NCBI GenBank assembly: GCA_050084985.1 | Contig: JBITNC010000001.1 | Coordinates: 167,462,001-167,526,000, forward strand | From: Nageia nagi | Lineage: Eukaryota; Plantae; Pinophyta | Direction: 5' to 3' | Length of the DNA stretch: 64,000 nucleotides | Shown: positions 40,001 to 54,423 of the stretch, in pieces | How positions within the stretch are numbered: the first letter of the stretch is position 1 | How the letters are laid out: each line of letters starts with the position of its first letter | Made by a program: the position numbers and the translations under genes | The notes under the pieces: generated by a model | Databases searched by the model: none | The model's input: only the letters and a program-made list of their open reading frames with translations | Told to the model about the DNA's origin: nothing

Positions 40001-41400
40001 AAGGGAAAGGAATATAATTTTGGGTTTTCTATTAGCTTGTTAAATTTATGATGGTCTTCTCTAATTTCTCTTTAGGGTAATCCTCTATCCTAGAACTAAT
40101 GGATTCATGCTAAAAAGTTATTCAAGAATGGAGTCTCCATCTTTGATTTCTTCTCTTTAGAGGACATAAATGGGATCCCATGACCTTCTTTTAGGTCATA
40201 AATTTAATTTAGCAATTGCAAATAAGGATACCAATGATATTGTTATTGATCATACCCATCTCAATTTATGGCAAAAAATTGGAAGGAGGGTGTAGTTACC
40301 ATGGTGGAAACATTGGTCATGGTTTAATAAGGTCCCTCTCATGGATTAGAAAGCTCATCAAGGGTATTATTGGTCATCTCCCTTCCTTACCATGGTTCCT
40401 CATATTAACATTAAGTGGGACTTAATTTCTCTCAAGTCTAGATGAAATTCCATGTTTTGTGTTGTATAGGCTTCTTTTATTGAACCTAAGAAACCTTTTT
40501 TCATCTAGAGTTTACTTTTTAGGATCTTCCTATTGGTGATCAGTTAGTGCATTTGGGTGTCTCAAACTGTAAGTGTACTTTCTATAATAAAAAAGAATCT
40601 TTCATACACTTATTTTGGTCTTGTAAATGTGCAAGCATAGCTTCAGATTTATTGGTATATTTTCCTACTTCTTTTTGGATAGGGAATGTGTCTCTTAGCA
40701 CCATGCCCCTCTTGGGTGATGCTACTAGGTTTACCCTTCCTCTTTAGGAAGTGCTTCATTTTTTCTAGGATTAGTTTCCTTTTTCACATATGGAAGGACA
40801 AAAATAAAAATATTTTTAAAAATCAAGAGCATTTTGATGAATTATCTCTTACTAATAAGATCGAGGGGTTTCTTGATACCTAGTTCTAGAGATGTAATCA
40901 AGTTGCTAAGGTGGAAATGGAGATGAACCACCAGTTCCCTTTATTTAGTTAGTCAAGTCCCCCCAAAGATTTAGAAGGAACAAGCTCCTCATTCTAGGTC
41001 ATGTTCCTGACATTGCCCTCTAAAGAAGAATTGTTCATCTTCTCCTAGGAGACATTGGTCATAACCCTCTTCTTCTCATCATTAGAGGGTTTGATAAGGG
41101 AGATAGTTCTTTGCAATGGTGGGGTGGTGTAACTTCAACTCAAATGTAGGAATTTCCACATCTGGGTTGGGGTGCTACTCCCACTATTACATTGATTACT
41201 GATAATAATAGCATTTGAGATGATCAACACTCCCCTAGTCCTGATGTCAATGCATAGGTTTGAGGTGAGTAAGTAGTTGATGTTAATGCATGTTATCATA
41301 AATATAATGGTTGGTACATACAATGTATTTTAGTTAATAATGGGACAAGATGGTGGGAGAGGCGCCATCAAATAGGGTCTTTCCAGTTGAGGGTATCTAA
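37086..41400 (+). mobile_element. L1-clade LINE ORF2 (EN-RT-zf-RVT), degenerate, ORF1 missing
   Basis: WNIRGL...LQKVK and DHTPI (APE endonuclease). PILDRFPFEFYK, RPITLLNVSYKIISK, KIDFEKAYDRIEW and FVDD (RT). C.F.NKKESFIHLFWSC (zf-RVT). Numerous stops. 3' boundary uncertain (40900-41400). Confidence 0.9.
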
Positions 41401-43019
41401 ATGATGTTGTTATGACATTTTTTTAGGAATTTTGAAATATTAATATGCATGTCATTTGATCGATAATGGTTTTGGGTAGTGATTTTTTAATTCCTAATCC
41501 ATGGTTAGAATTAGTGTGGACCTACCTAGAGGTATGAATTCTACCACCAATAATCTTTTTCAACTGTAAAAGTTTTTATTTAATATAATTTTCTTTTTCA
41601 TCAAAATATAAATATAAATTTAAAATACTATAATCTTATAGAAATTATTAATTAATAAAAATTAAGATAAGAATTTAGTATTTGGGTTATAATATTTTTT
41701 AATATAAAAGAAAATTATATGAAATTAGAATATAATATATTTTAGAATCAAAAGAATAATCACCATTACCTAGATCTAATGTGCGAATGCATCTATAATG
41801 CAAATTATAATTTAATGAACTTAATGTTTTTGATGGAAAATATTGCGAAGCAAGAGATGCAAAGTGAGCAAATGCATAGATAGAATACACTTTAGAGTAG
41901 GATGTTCTGCAAAGGAAGGAGAAGAAGATGATGATGCATTTGGTGATCACATGGTGGCTTGGCTGGATTTCTCTTATCTAAAAGCCTTCGAAGTAATCAT
42001 TTTTTCATGTAGAGTTCATTTTGCCCTTTGCATTTTGGATATAGGTCCTTAACAAATTAGGCTTTGATGCATAGGTCTTGTAATTTTCAAGATAGATTCT
42101 TAGCTTTTTTTGGTGGATTCCAAAATAATGACTTTGCAAGGTAGATTTAGAGTCTTTCATGGTATATTTAAACTTGCATACAATGGATTCCACCATTATG
42201 GGGTTCACTTGGTACTTCACCTTGGGTGTAAAAAAATTATTTATTTCATTGGCTCAGCATCTCAAATTTTGGATTAGACAAACAACATTGAATCATATCA
42301 CGAATTGGAAGGGGTGTTGGGCCATTGATGGGGTTGGTCGAGGATTGCCTATGAACATGAGAGGTACACCCTTTTTGATCAATTTTGATGATAATTTAAT
42401 TTGCATAGAGGTTAGTCAAGGATCCTCTATGAACACATTACGAATATGATAGTAGATGCACCATGTATGCCTCATACACTTAGAGTACTTAGCGGATAGA
42501 CATTAAGGTTTGTTTTACATTAGATTAGGATGGACACACTAGGGTCTCTGTAGTAGTTTCAAATGTAAAGATTAAGATTTAGGTTTATATTTTGAAAGAC
42601 TTTATCTTATAATTGAAATTTGAGTTATGAATTTTCATGAACTTTACATCCCTTGCGCTAGCAAAAAATAACTCAGATCAGGAAGGTATGATTGAAATTT
42701 ATTTTAACATGTCGAGAACCTATCTAAAAGCCCATTTTAAATTTTACCCTTCATAAAAAAATGAATAATCACCACTTTTAAAAGTGAAAATTGTTGGATT
42801 GAACCTTCCATAAAGCATAAAACATGCAACCACACCATAATATTAAAATCTTAAATGTATAAAAATAGCATAGTGTTACATTATGTTTAAGATGGACAAT
42901 GTACATATGCCCTTGAAAATCCACTATTACATAATCATTTAAGAGTAAGCTCATTATTCACTTCCTATCCTAAACCCAAAGTATATCCTCCTAGCAATGA
43001 AAAACATTATCTTTTATTT

Positions 43020-45000
43020 ACATAATATGGATTGTGGTACAAATAAGCAAGATTGCTAATGAATTTGATGGAATCTTATCATATTGACGTAAGGATACTC
43101 CATGTAGCACAGATGCTAAGAGGAGAGCGAGAACTTAGAAATAATTCACCAATAAAATAAGAAAATACCTCAAGTTTATATATGTTTCAATTATAACTAC
43201 TTTTAGAAGAAAAATATATATGGAGATTGATATATTAACAATAAAATAACATAGTAAAAATTGAAAAAATTATTAATTTTGTGCAATGAATATAAGTCAT
43301 TTTGGTATAAGAAATAATTTAAAAAAATGCTTCTAAAGATACTATTTTTTTCATTTTGTAATAATGAATAGATATTATATTTATTAATTAATATTATTAA
43401 ATGGGAATGATTCTAGTTACATTTTTTAATTCTATTTTTCTCTTTATATAATATATTTTTGATATCCATCATCAACCACACATTTTGGCTTTAAATCTTG
43501 ATGATGTTATAGGTATTACATTTTTAAATTATGCATTACATTTTTTTTCTTTTTAAATCATATAATTCCATTAGTTACCCACTAGAATGAAAATCTCTAA
43601 ATTGAATGTCATTATCACACAACTTTATCAATCCAAATACAATGAAGAACAAACATATGTCTATGTCCTTCCTATGTCTTCAATTTTTATCCATTGAATG
43701 AGCATGCTTCTTCTTTCAAATTTTGCATCCATATTTCTTAGGGCACTTAGAATGACAATATTTAGTGAAAACTATTTTTGATTTCTCTTTGATAAATATC
43801 CATACTTTCTTTTATAAATCCCAAAGCACACATACCCATGATTATTGCTTTCCTTGAGAATACCTTTCAATGAGGCATTTTGCTAGATAATTACAAATGA
43901 ATTTAATGTATTCTAGCACATTCCCATATTTAAATTACTTGTACAAAACTATTTTAGCTACTCCTTGATGAATATCATATCTTCTTTTATGAAATAATTG
44001 ATTATGATTTTGATGTACCCGTTATATGTATATATTTTGATTTTTTGAACCCATGATAAGGTGATGTTTCAATGACATCACAAGACATTTCAAAATTTAT
44101 ATTTTAGGAATATCGTACAAAAATTAGATTCCATGATGCAATGTATCTCCTAATAAAACTCCCTTGGAATCATATATTTGAAGGATGCTGCAAAAATTAT
44201 AGAGTTTGATAATTATATTTAATTAAATAAGTATACACCATTGTCAACAAGCCTATTTTGTTTATATCCATCTTTCAATTGTATACCATACATCTATCTT
44301 TCTACTACATTTATTTTGTAGAACGATATCCACATCAGTTGCATATTCTTTAAACTTTCATTCATGTTTGTTAAATTATTTATAACCATAACAACTAACA
44401 AAGATCCTCTTTCAAAAAGCCTTTGATTATGTATAAAATCAATTAATCATAAATGCACCATTTTGGTATATGTTTGTAATATGCTTGTAAAATTACTACT
44501 ATTTGTTACACTTGTAGTTCTCAATCGCTTCCTAAGATCTTTTGCAACTTGCTAAAGCATCCTCTATCTATTCTAAAATCCTATATATTTCATAGAATTA
44601 TGTGTAGTGTTTGACACCTTAAAAGCTTATAAGATGCTTAAAGGTATCAATGATATAGGATTCAATAACAAACAAAGATTCAATAGTTTTATAATTTTTC
44701 AATTTTAGGTAAGAAGCGAAATAAAGCTCCAAAGATTAAGAAACTTGAAACACATTTAAAACTAAGGCCAAGGAAGAGAAACTTGAATATCAAAAGCATA
44801 TAGGTTGAAAAAGCAGCATAAGCATTGAAGTGAGTGTTTGGGAAAGAAAAAAGAAACATCCTCACTCCTCTCAATTGGATCCAAATTGTCAACAACTACC
44901 TAATTATTCTTTTTGTTTGGGAAAGAAAAAAGAAACATACTCACTCCTCTCAATTGGATCCAATTGTCAACAACTACCTAATTATTCTTTTTATTAGCCA
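43020..45000 (-). pseudogene. PLS-class PPR gene relic B1
   Basis: MDIYQREIKNSF...NIVILSALRNMDAK and QNRLVDNGVYLF..IQLSNSIIFA. Counterpart of A1, and more complete than it. Confidence 0.6.
44835..44991 (+). repeat. Near-perfect 79-bp tandem duplication
   Basis: TGTTTGGGAAAGAAAAAAGAAACAT...TAATTATTCTTTT at 44835 and 44914; single copy in A (~12802). Confidence 0.95.
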
Positions 45001-45989
45001 GGATAAATATAAATTTATTATATGCAACTACAAGCTATGAAAGAAATCAAGCATTCATTCCAAAATTTTAATATCACTAACTTTTGATGGAATCGTGGAA
45101 GATATAATTATGGAGTATTTTATATAAAATTTTAGGAATAATTATCTTGAATTTTAGGTTTATGGCTAGTTACTAGTTGAGGATTTTAACAAACATCATC
45201 ATATTATGTTTAATTTGGTTCTAGATTTTTGCTTAATGATATAGTTTTATTAGGTGGGTATGAGTGATTGTGATCAATTATTCTTAGGAGCATTCTTGTT
45301 TTCCTTGAAATATTTGTGGATTATTTTATGCTTTTCTTTATATGAGAAATAATCATTTTGATACTTAATTAATATATATTTACATCTAGATAAACTTTGA
45401 AAGATCCTACTAACCAATAAATTATAAAGAACATTAAAAGACATATGTCTATTTAATTTTGTAACTTCAAAATTCTAATATTTTTTTAAGATACTTTTAA
45501 ACTTTTAGATTTTAAATAATTATATTAATTATCTATGAGTATTAAATTTGTATTAAATAATAAAAATATTTTTTAAATTTATTATAGTAATAGTAATTCT
45601 GATTTATAAAATATTTAACCCATTTGTATCATATATTAACTATGAACAAATGTAATTAGAAATATATTAACATACATCTTCAACTGATTCATTTTAAACA
45701 TTCATTTAAACGTATTGATCATTCTTTTGCTATATTTTTTTTTAAATAACCTTTTTATTATTATAATAAAATAAAAGATTAAAAAATACACATAAAATGA
45801 TATTTGAAATGGATTGAAGATCTACTTTATAACACGATGTTTATGTGTAAAACTATAATTTTTGTAGCTTCACAATTAGTCTTCAATCCATTGGACCTCG
45901 TAGACACTTAATACTCTATAAATTAATGTATTTTTAAACAAATTAATATATTTAAAGTAGATAGAGAAGCTTGCGTTATTTTTTTTTTC

Positions 45990-48040
45990 TTTAAGTTATA
46001 TTGTATAATATTGATGTGATACAATAGACGACATTGCTAATGAATAGGATGGCTTGTTTGGATTGACCCAACGATAATCCCATAGCGTAGCATGGATGTT
46101 GTGAGGAGAGGGAGCAGTTACCGGAAAAAAAACACTTCAAGTTTATATATCTTTTCATTATAACAACTTTTAGAAGAATATATATATATGGATGGATGGA
46201 GAGAGAATTTGATATATTAATAATAAAAGAGTATATAAATATTGAAAAAATATTATTTTTTGGAGTTTATAAATAGTTATAGCAGATAATTTTAAAGATA
46301 CTTATTTTTTTCATTCTGTAAAGTGAAAAGATATTACATTTAGTAATTAATATTATTATTTGAAAATGATTATAATTATAGTCTTTAATTATTTTTTTAT
46401 TTGTACAATATTTTTTTATACTCATCATCAACTACACATTGTAACTTTAAAGCTTATGACATTATTGGTATTGTACTTTTAAATGATAATTTGTATTTAT
46501 TTTTCTTTTTAAATTTCTGTCTATGCTTTTCATATATCTTTAATTTTCAAGTATTGCATTCCATACAATGAATAGTTCCTTCATTCATTTGATGAATCAA
46601 ACTTAAATTTAACTCCTCTATGTATAAGCTTTATAAGATGGACTTATCCATATATGTATATATCAATTTTAAAAATTTTACGAATGCTTGTAGAGCTTTT
46701 TGAATGTATGACTAAGATAAGCATCCTTGATGGTTTCTTGTTACTTATATTTTATCAAACAATATATGTACCTTTTTTATGCTTTTAAATTTTGCATCCA
46801 TATTTATTAGGTCATTTATAACCATAATACTCAATGAAAAATATTTCTCAACTTCTTTTTGATAAATTTTCATACCTTTTTCTATGACTCCCATAACACA
46901 CATAATCGTGTTTAATGCATTCCTTGAGAGTACCTATTAATGAGGTATTTTGTTCCACAATTACAAGTGACTTTTGTGTTTTTTACTACATTACCATAAT
47001 TAAATAGCTTATGCAAAATTATTTTTAGCTATTCCTTGATGAATATCAAATCTTATTCTATCAAACAATTAATTGTCATTCTAACATATATGTTATGTGC
47101 ATATGTTATGATTATTACAACCCATAAGGTGACATTTCAATGGAACCACAAGCTATTTCAAATTTTCTATTTTGTGAATATCCTACAAAAATTCGATTCC
47201 AATAACATAAAGTATCTCCTAATCAAACTTCTATAGTGTCATATATTGAAAGGATCATGTAAAATATTGTAGAGTTTGAATATTGTATTTATTTGAAAAT
47301 GTACATGGCATTTTAAACAAATCTATTTTATTCACATTCAATTGTCATTATATATCATGTCACTTCTGTACTACATTTATTTTGTAAAATAAAACATGTA
47401 TCATTTGCATATTCTTTAAACTTGCATTCATGTCTAACAAAGCATTTACAACTATAACAACTAAGAAAGATGCTCTTTAGAGCCTTTGATATATATGTAA
47501 ACTCAATTAATTATAAATTCACCATTTTGGTATATGTTTGAAATATGCATGTAATATTAATATTGATCATTACACTTAAAGTTTTCAATTGCTTCTTGAG
47601 CTCTCATAACATCCTAGAGTATTGTCTTTATATTTACTAATTTCCTATACCTTTCATATAATTAAGTTTAGTTTTTAATACCTTAAAACATTCTAAGACA
47701 TTTAAAGCTATCAATGATATGGGATTTGAAAACAAATAAAGATTCAAGAGTTTTGTAATTTTTTCAATTAGAGTAAGGTAATAAGTGAAATAAAGTTTCA
47801 AATATTAAGAGACTTGTAACACATTTAACACTACAAGGGAAGTGAAAACTTAGAATAACAATGAACAAGAAAAAAATTACTAAGGCTAAGACCGAAGAAG
47901 TTCAATATCAAAAGCTTCTTGCTTCAAGGTTGAAAGAGTAACATAAGCATTGAAATGATAGTTTGTTGAACCTTTCAACTGAATTCAAACAATCAAGAAT
48001 TGCTTAATTATTCTTTTTATTGGCTAGGATAAATATATTT
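45990..48040 (-). pseudogene. PLS-class PPR gene relic B2 (uninterrupted counterpart of A2)
   Basis: NDLINMDAKFKSIKKVHILFDKI (cf. NALIDMYAKCGSI.KA.ELFDKM), VVNALLDMNAS, and CYAMGL...YCITS (cf. ACSHAGL...YCITP). Confidence 0.65.
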
Positions 48041-49707
48041 TTATTATATGCAACTATAAGCTTTGTAAGAGAGCCAAACATTCATTCTTAATTTTTAATA
48101 TCATTTAGTTTTGGTGAAATGATGGAAGATATAATAGTGGAGTATTTTCTACAAAATTTTAGGAAAAATTGTCATGAATTCTAGGTTTATTGCTAGTTAC
48201 TATTTAATGGTTATAATAAGCATCACCATATTTTGCTTAATTTGATTCTAGACTATTGTTTAATGATATATTTTCATTGGGTGGGTGTGAGTGACTATGA
48301 TCAATTGTTCTAGAAGTATTCTTGGTTTTCTTGAAATATTTGTACATTGTTCAATGTTTTTCTTTGTATGAGAAATAATCATTCAAATACCTTATTAATA
48401 GATATTTACATTTCAACAAACTTTGAGTGGTTCTATAATCTAATGAATTTGAAAGGATATTAAAAAAACATCTATATATTTATTTAATTATGTGACTTCA
48501 AAATTCTAATATTTTTTATGATCCTTTTGAATTTTAATATTTTCAATAATGATATTATTTATCTATGATTATTAACTTTGTATTAATTAAGAAAAATATT
48601 TTTATTTTACATTTATTATGGAGCTATAGTAATAAATATAATGAGTAATTAAAATTTATAAAAATTTTAAACCATTTTATTCATGACATTTTAATTACCA
48701 ACAAATGTAATCATAAATATATTAAAATACTTATTCAACTCATTCATTTCACCTTATATATATATAATGAAATCACCCTTACTAGTTGATTTCTATTCTT
48801 CAATTCATTCATTTCAACTTATTGATCCTTCTTTGTTTTTTTATAAAACCACCATTACAAATCAATTTCTTGGAATTAGATTCTATGTGTCTAGAGGGTT
48901 CTCTTTCATCAAAATCACCCATCAATTGAACTTATCATATGCACATGATGTGAGGAGAAAGAGTTTTGAACCTTCTTTTTGCTATCTATTCTAAAAAAGG
49001 AAGTAACGGTTCTATTATTATAATAAAATTAAAGATAAAAAAAATACACATTGATATTTGAAATTGATTGAAGATATACTTTATAACATAAGTAGAAAAC
49101 TATAATTGGTGTAGCAGCCCTATAAAAGATTAATCAAATCAATTGATAGCAAAAATGTGATGAGACACTGATCTTCCTGTTCATGGAAGAACATGAATAT
49201 GTGTGCTCAGTATGACATTCCTAATAAACATGGATATTAAGTGACTCTTAAGAATGCATGCATTAGTTTCAGAAGATGTATATTTGAAACAGATTTTTCC
49301 ATATTCCATAGCTGCACTTAGCATCCATAAGCTTAGCTCTTAGAATTAGAGCATACGATCATTATTTCTACCCTTGCCATAAAGCACGTTCAAACCATTC
49401 AACGACTTACATTACATTATTCTCATCTTACAAGTAATGCATTCTATGAGATAAATAAACTAGTCTATGAAATTCAACACATTTTTCTTCTTGTAAGCAC
49501 CAAATTGGATCTAAGAGAAGCATGAGCCCTCGTTTATGAGGACTACAGCAGGCTCGTAACCCTCCTGCTGCATAATCATGGACTTCACAAATTTGTATAC
49601 CGATATTCTGTGGCATTCATTGTTATGAATACCCTCATAGCTTGTAATCACCAATTCTGCATCATTGTTATCACGTTCTACTCTTTTCTTAACACCACAC
49701 TCCCCCT

Positions 49708-50055
49708 TGTTGTAATTTGCAAGTGCAAAAATACAAATTACCATAAAACAATCATTACCAATGCAAACAAAAAACACAGCAATTTACGTGGTTCACCCAA
49801 ATGTTGGGCTACATCCACCAAGCATAGGTATCAGTTATCTTATTATTCAGCTAATAGAGATTACAGTCAGGACTCACTCCTCTCTGACACACTCACAGCC
49901 TCAACAGGCATACAAATTTATAGCAATATATTAGAAACTGATCATTAATTATGATCTCAGCCATATTCTAACTTGGTTGCATTGGTTACAACCAATCCTG
50001 GTTTATAGGATCTAAAATCCTATTCACGGATGAGTTGTTATCACCATTTCTAACA
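49708..50055 (-). repeat. 3' LTR of copia B
   Basis: 14 mismatches and no indels versus 54424-54771 (~4%) by manual alignment. Confidence 0.97.
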
Positions 50056-50107
50056 ATCTCCACCTTGACAACAATTAACCTGATACCTTGCTCCTACTTC
50101 TATTCAT

Positions 50108-53100
50108 CACCTTTTTTGCAAACCAAGAGAAGCCACACACCATTGTAGCTTCTATAACAATACTGGTTTTGTGAACATGTCTGCACAGTTCTCTTTTGTA
50201 TGCACTTTTTCAAGAGAGACTCCACCTTCATCGATGACTTATCTTACAAAATGGTACTTGATAGGTATATGTTTTATTTTACTGTGATAGGATGGATTCT
50301 TAACCAAGTGAATAGCACTCTAACTATCACAAAGTAACTTTACTTTGTCCCGTATCCTTCCAAACTCACCAAATAAACCTTTCAACCAAACTGCCTCTTT
50401 GCAAGCATGTGAAGCAACTACATATTATGCTTCTGTAGTGGATAAACCAACAATGTTCTGTAGCATTGACATCCAACTAATAGCTCCACTTGTAAGAGTA
50501 AATACATACCCTAAAGTCAACCTTCTCTTATCCAGATCACCTACAAAATTAGAATCAACATATCCATAGACTAACTCACAACCATTGTTATAGGTGATAC
50601 AGTAATCACTTGTGCCCCTCAGATAAAGAAGCACCCATTTCACTGCTGCCTAATGCTCTTTACTTGGATTTGCCATAAACTTGTTGATAACCCCAACTAC
50701 ATGTGAAATGTCTGGCCTTGTACTAACCATCGCATACATTAGACTTCCTACTGCATTAGTATATGGTATTCGAGACATCTATTCCTTTTCTTCTTTTGTA
50801 CTAGGACATAAACTTGAAGAAAGATTAAAATGGGAAGCCAAAGGGACTGAAACTAGTTTCACATCATTCATACCAAACCTCAAAAGTATCTTCTCAACAT
50901 ACTTTTGTTGTGACAACCAAAGCTTACCATTCCTCCTGTCTTTGAATATCTCCATACCCAAAATCTGTCTTGCTGCTCCTAGATCTTTCATGTCGAACGT
51001 CCTAGCCATCTGAGCCTTTAACCTGTTGATCTCAGTTATGCTTTTGCTTGCTAAAAGCATATCATCAACATACAATACTAAGATAATGAATATGCCATTA
51101 TTCAATTTCTTAAAATAGACACAATGATCATACTCACTCCTTGTATAATTTTGGCTCACCATGAAAGAGTCAAATTTCTTGTACCATTGTCTGGGTGATT
51201 ACCTCAGACCATACAATGATTTCTTGAGTCTGCACACAAATTTCTTATTGCGATTCTGAACGAACCCTTCTGATTGTTCCATGTAAATTTCCTCATCCAA
51301 ATCTCCATGTAAGAAAGCAATTTTAACATCTAGTTGCTCCAACTCCAAATCAAGCAATGCAACTAATGCTAACACAATTCGAATTGAAATAGTCTTTACA
51401 ACTAGTGAAAAAATCTCATGAAAGTTAATACCTTCTTTCTGAGAATAACCTTTCGCAACCAGCCTTGCTTTGTACCTTTTCACCTTATCATCAACATCTT
51501 TCTTCAACTTGTAGACCCACTTGCAACCTACAATTTTCCTATCTCTTGGAATCTCTACCAGGTCCCATGTAGCATTCCTCTCTAATGCTTTCATTTCATC
51601 CTTCATCGCTTCTTTCCATTTATCATTGTTTGAACCCTTCATAGCTTCCTGATAGCATGAAGGTTCATCATCATTAGTACTTAAAGAAACTGATGAACCA
51701 AAATTATCATACCTTCTTGGAGGAACTCTGATCCATGTAGACCTCCTTAGGGTAGTTTGTGGTTCATCCATAATCTGTTGAATGTCATCATCATCCACAT
51801 TTTCTTCTGCAGGAACTTCTTCATGAACATCTTCAGGAACTTATTCACGTTCATTTTCATTTGTAGTTGAACTGGTTTCAAACTGAATCCTTTGATACTT
51901 AGGTACTTCTTACTATTTCATTTGAACATCTTCATTTGATTTGATGAGAGATGATTCATCAAAATATTACATCTCTGTTAATGGTGATCTTATGGGCAGT
52001 AGGATCCCACAACCTGTACCCCTTAATACCATCACCATATCCAACAAAGATACGTCTTTTTGATTTTGGATCTAATTTAGAATGTTGATGTTTCAGAATT
52101 AAAGCATAGGCATCACAACTAAAAAATTTAAGATTAGAATAATTACAAGGGTGACCTGTCCATACCTCCTCAGGAATTTTGCATTCTATTGCTGTTGATG
52201 GTGATCGATTCACCAGATAACAAGCTATAGTTACTGCTTCTACCCATAGTTTCTACTGCAGATTAGCGTTACTAAGCATACTCCTTACTCTCTCTAGAAG
52301 AGTCCTATTCATGCATTCAACAAATCCATTTTGCTGAGGAGTATAGGTAGTGGTCTTATGCCTATCGATCCTAAATTCCTTGCAATAATTCTCAAACTCC
52401 ATTGACGTAAATTCACCACCATTATCTATTCTTAAACATTTAATAGATCTACCAGTGCTCTTTTCCACTAAAGTTCTAAATTGCTTGAAAACTATAAATA
52501 CATCAGCCTTACTCTTTAACATATAGATCCACACCTTCCTAGAGAAATCATTTATAAAAGTTACAAAATATGATGATCCTCCATATGAAATAGTAGGGGA
52601 TGGCCCCCAAACATCAGAATGAATATAGTCTAGGATTCCTTCACTGGTGTGTCTTTCGATTTTAAATCTCTGCCTATTTTGTTTTCCATAAACATAGTGC
52701 TTGCAGAAATCTAATTTTAAAGACTTTAAGCTAGGAAGTAACTTGTGATCAATTAATACCTTTAATCTTTGTTCACTCATATGACCCAACCGTTGATGCC
52801 ACAATCGAATAGAATCACTGTCACTCTCAGATACTGCTGTTGCATGATCTGATTCAGTCCTCCCTTCTAACAGAAAAAGATTACCAATGTTCTTTGTTTT
52901 ATAACCAGTAGAATTCCTTTGTAGACTTTCATAACTCCACCTTAAATAATGGTCTTATAGCCTCCTCTGTCTAAGACTCCCAAAGAGATTAGGTTCTTCC
53001 TAAGATCAGGTACATGTCTTACATCAGTTAGTGTTTTAACAGTTCCATCAAACATTTTAATTTGGATGCTACCAATCCCCACAACTTTAGATGAAATATT

Positions 53101-54066
53101 ATTACCCATGTAAACAACTCCATCATCTATAGACTGGTAAGTAATAAACCAATGTCTATGAAGACACATGTGGTTTGAAGCACCAGAATCTAATAGCTAA
53201 TGTTGATCATGATGTGAACCACTATTAATTGTTAAAACTTCATCAACTATACCTGAACCTATTACTGAACTTATTTCAGTTGCATTTGCTTCCTTCGTCT
53301 CCTTTTGAGGGTCTTCTTTGGAGGTTTGGTGTCGCTTCCAACAGTCCTTCTTCAGGTGTCCAAATTTTCCACAAAACCAACACTTGAGCTTGCTCTTTCT
53401 ACCTTTTGATTTTGATCGAGAGAAATCCCTCTGATCCTATCCTCTTTCTTTTGGTCTGCCTTTGACCACCAATGCCTCAGATGTAGAGGTTTCTAGATTT
53501 GATTTCTTCCTTGTTTCCTTAGATAGTAAAGCTCCAATAGTATCATCAAACTCAATAGTTTTTGTTGAACTAAAACTAATAGAGGTAACGAAATGATCCC
53601 ATGACACGGGCAAAGAACACAATAAAGTAATTGCCTTATCTTTGGATTCAAATTTCACACCCATGCTATTCAACTGGACTAGAAGAGTATTGAAAGTATT
53701 TAGATGATCAGCAATTTTCGTACCTTCCTTCATGTGCAAACTATACAGTTGTCTTTTCAGAAAGATCCTATTTGTCAAGGATTTCATCATGTATAAGCTT
53801 TCTAGCTTTGACCACAAACCAGCTGCTATCTTCTCTGTAACAATGTTGAACAGTACATCATCGGCCAAACACAGGCGTATGGCACTCAGTGCTCTCGCAT
53901 CCATCTCATCTCAATCTTCATCTATTATGGATGCGGGCTGCTTTGCTTTTCCCAAAAGCGCCTTCACCATTCCTTGTTGCATGAGCAGATCATGCATCTT
54001 AACCTTCCAGATCTCGAAATTGTTCTTACCATTAAACTTTTCAATTTCGAACTTAGCACTTTGCAT
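50108..54066 (-). pseudogene. Copia gag-pol polyprotein, disrupted
   Basis: MQSAKFEIEKFNGKNNF..W (gag start), CWFCGKFGHLKKDC knuckle, WHQRLGHMS, IHSDVWGP...DNGGEF...PQQNG (integrase), KARLVAKGY, LYVDDML (RT), STTEA (RNase H). Several in-frame stops and frameshifts. Confidence 0.95.
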
Positions 54067-54423
54067 CTCATGAATTTTTTTCAGCGCATGAATTTTTCAA
54101 CGCTCCTTGTATGAGATAGGGGGTGCGTTGCACAAAATCAAAGAATGGAGCGTAAGGGCACTAGTGGGCTGGTGCTCCCTTTAGTCACTGAGGTGAGCGC
54201 TGGCTCCCTCTCGACTCTCCCTCTCAAAAGATAGCTAATTTCATTTATCAACACACCCTTCGACTTGGTCTCCAACGTCAGTGCTCCCTCTCAAGGATAT
54301 CCAAGCGCTGATGCAAAAAAAAAAACAAAAAATTCAGCAGCGTTTTCAGCAATGCGGCCTCTTCAGTGAGCGGCTTCTTCTAGTCTGCATCCTCCTTAGC
54401 TCTTCCTCATCTCTGATACCACT

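Noticed and set aside
44230-44260. LVDNGVY as a PrimPol/viral primase motif
   Set aside because: The downstream motif is absent, and the surrounding frame fits the PPR consensus better.
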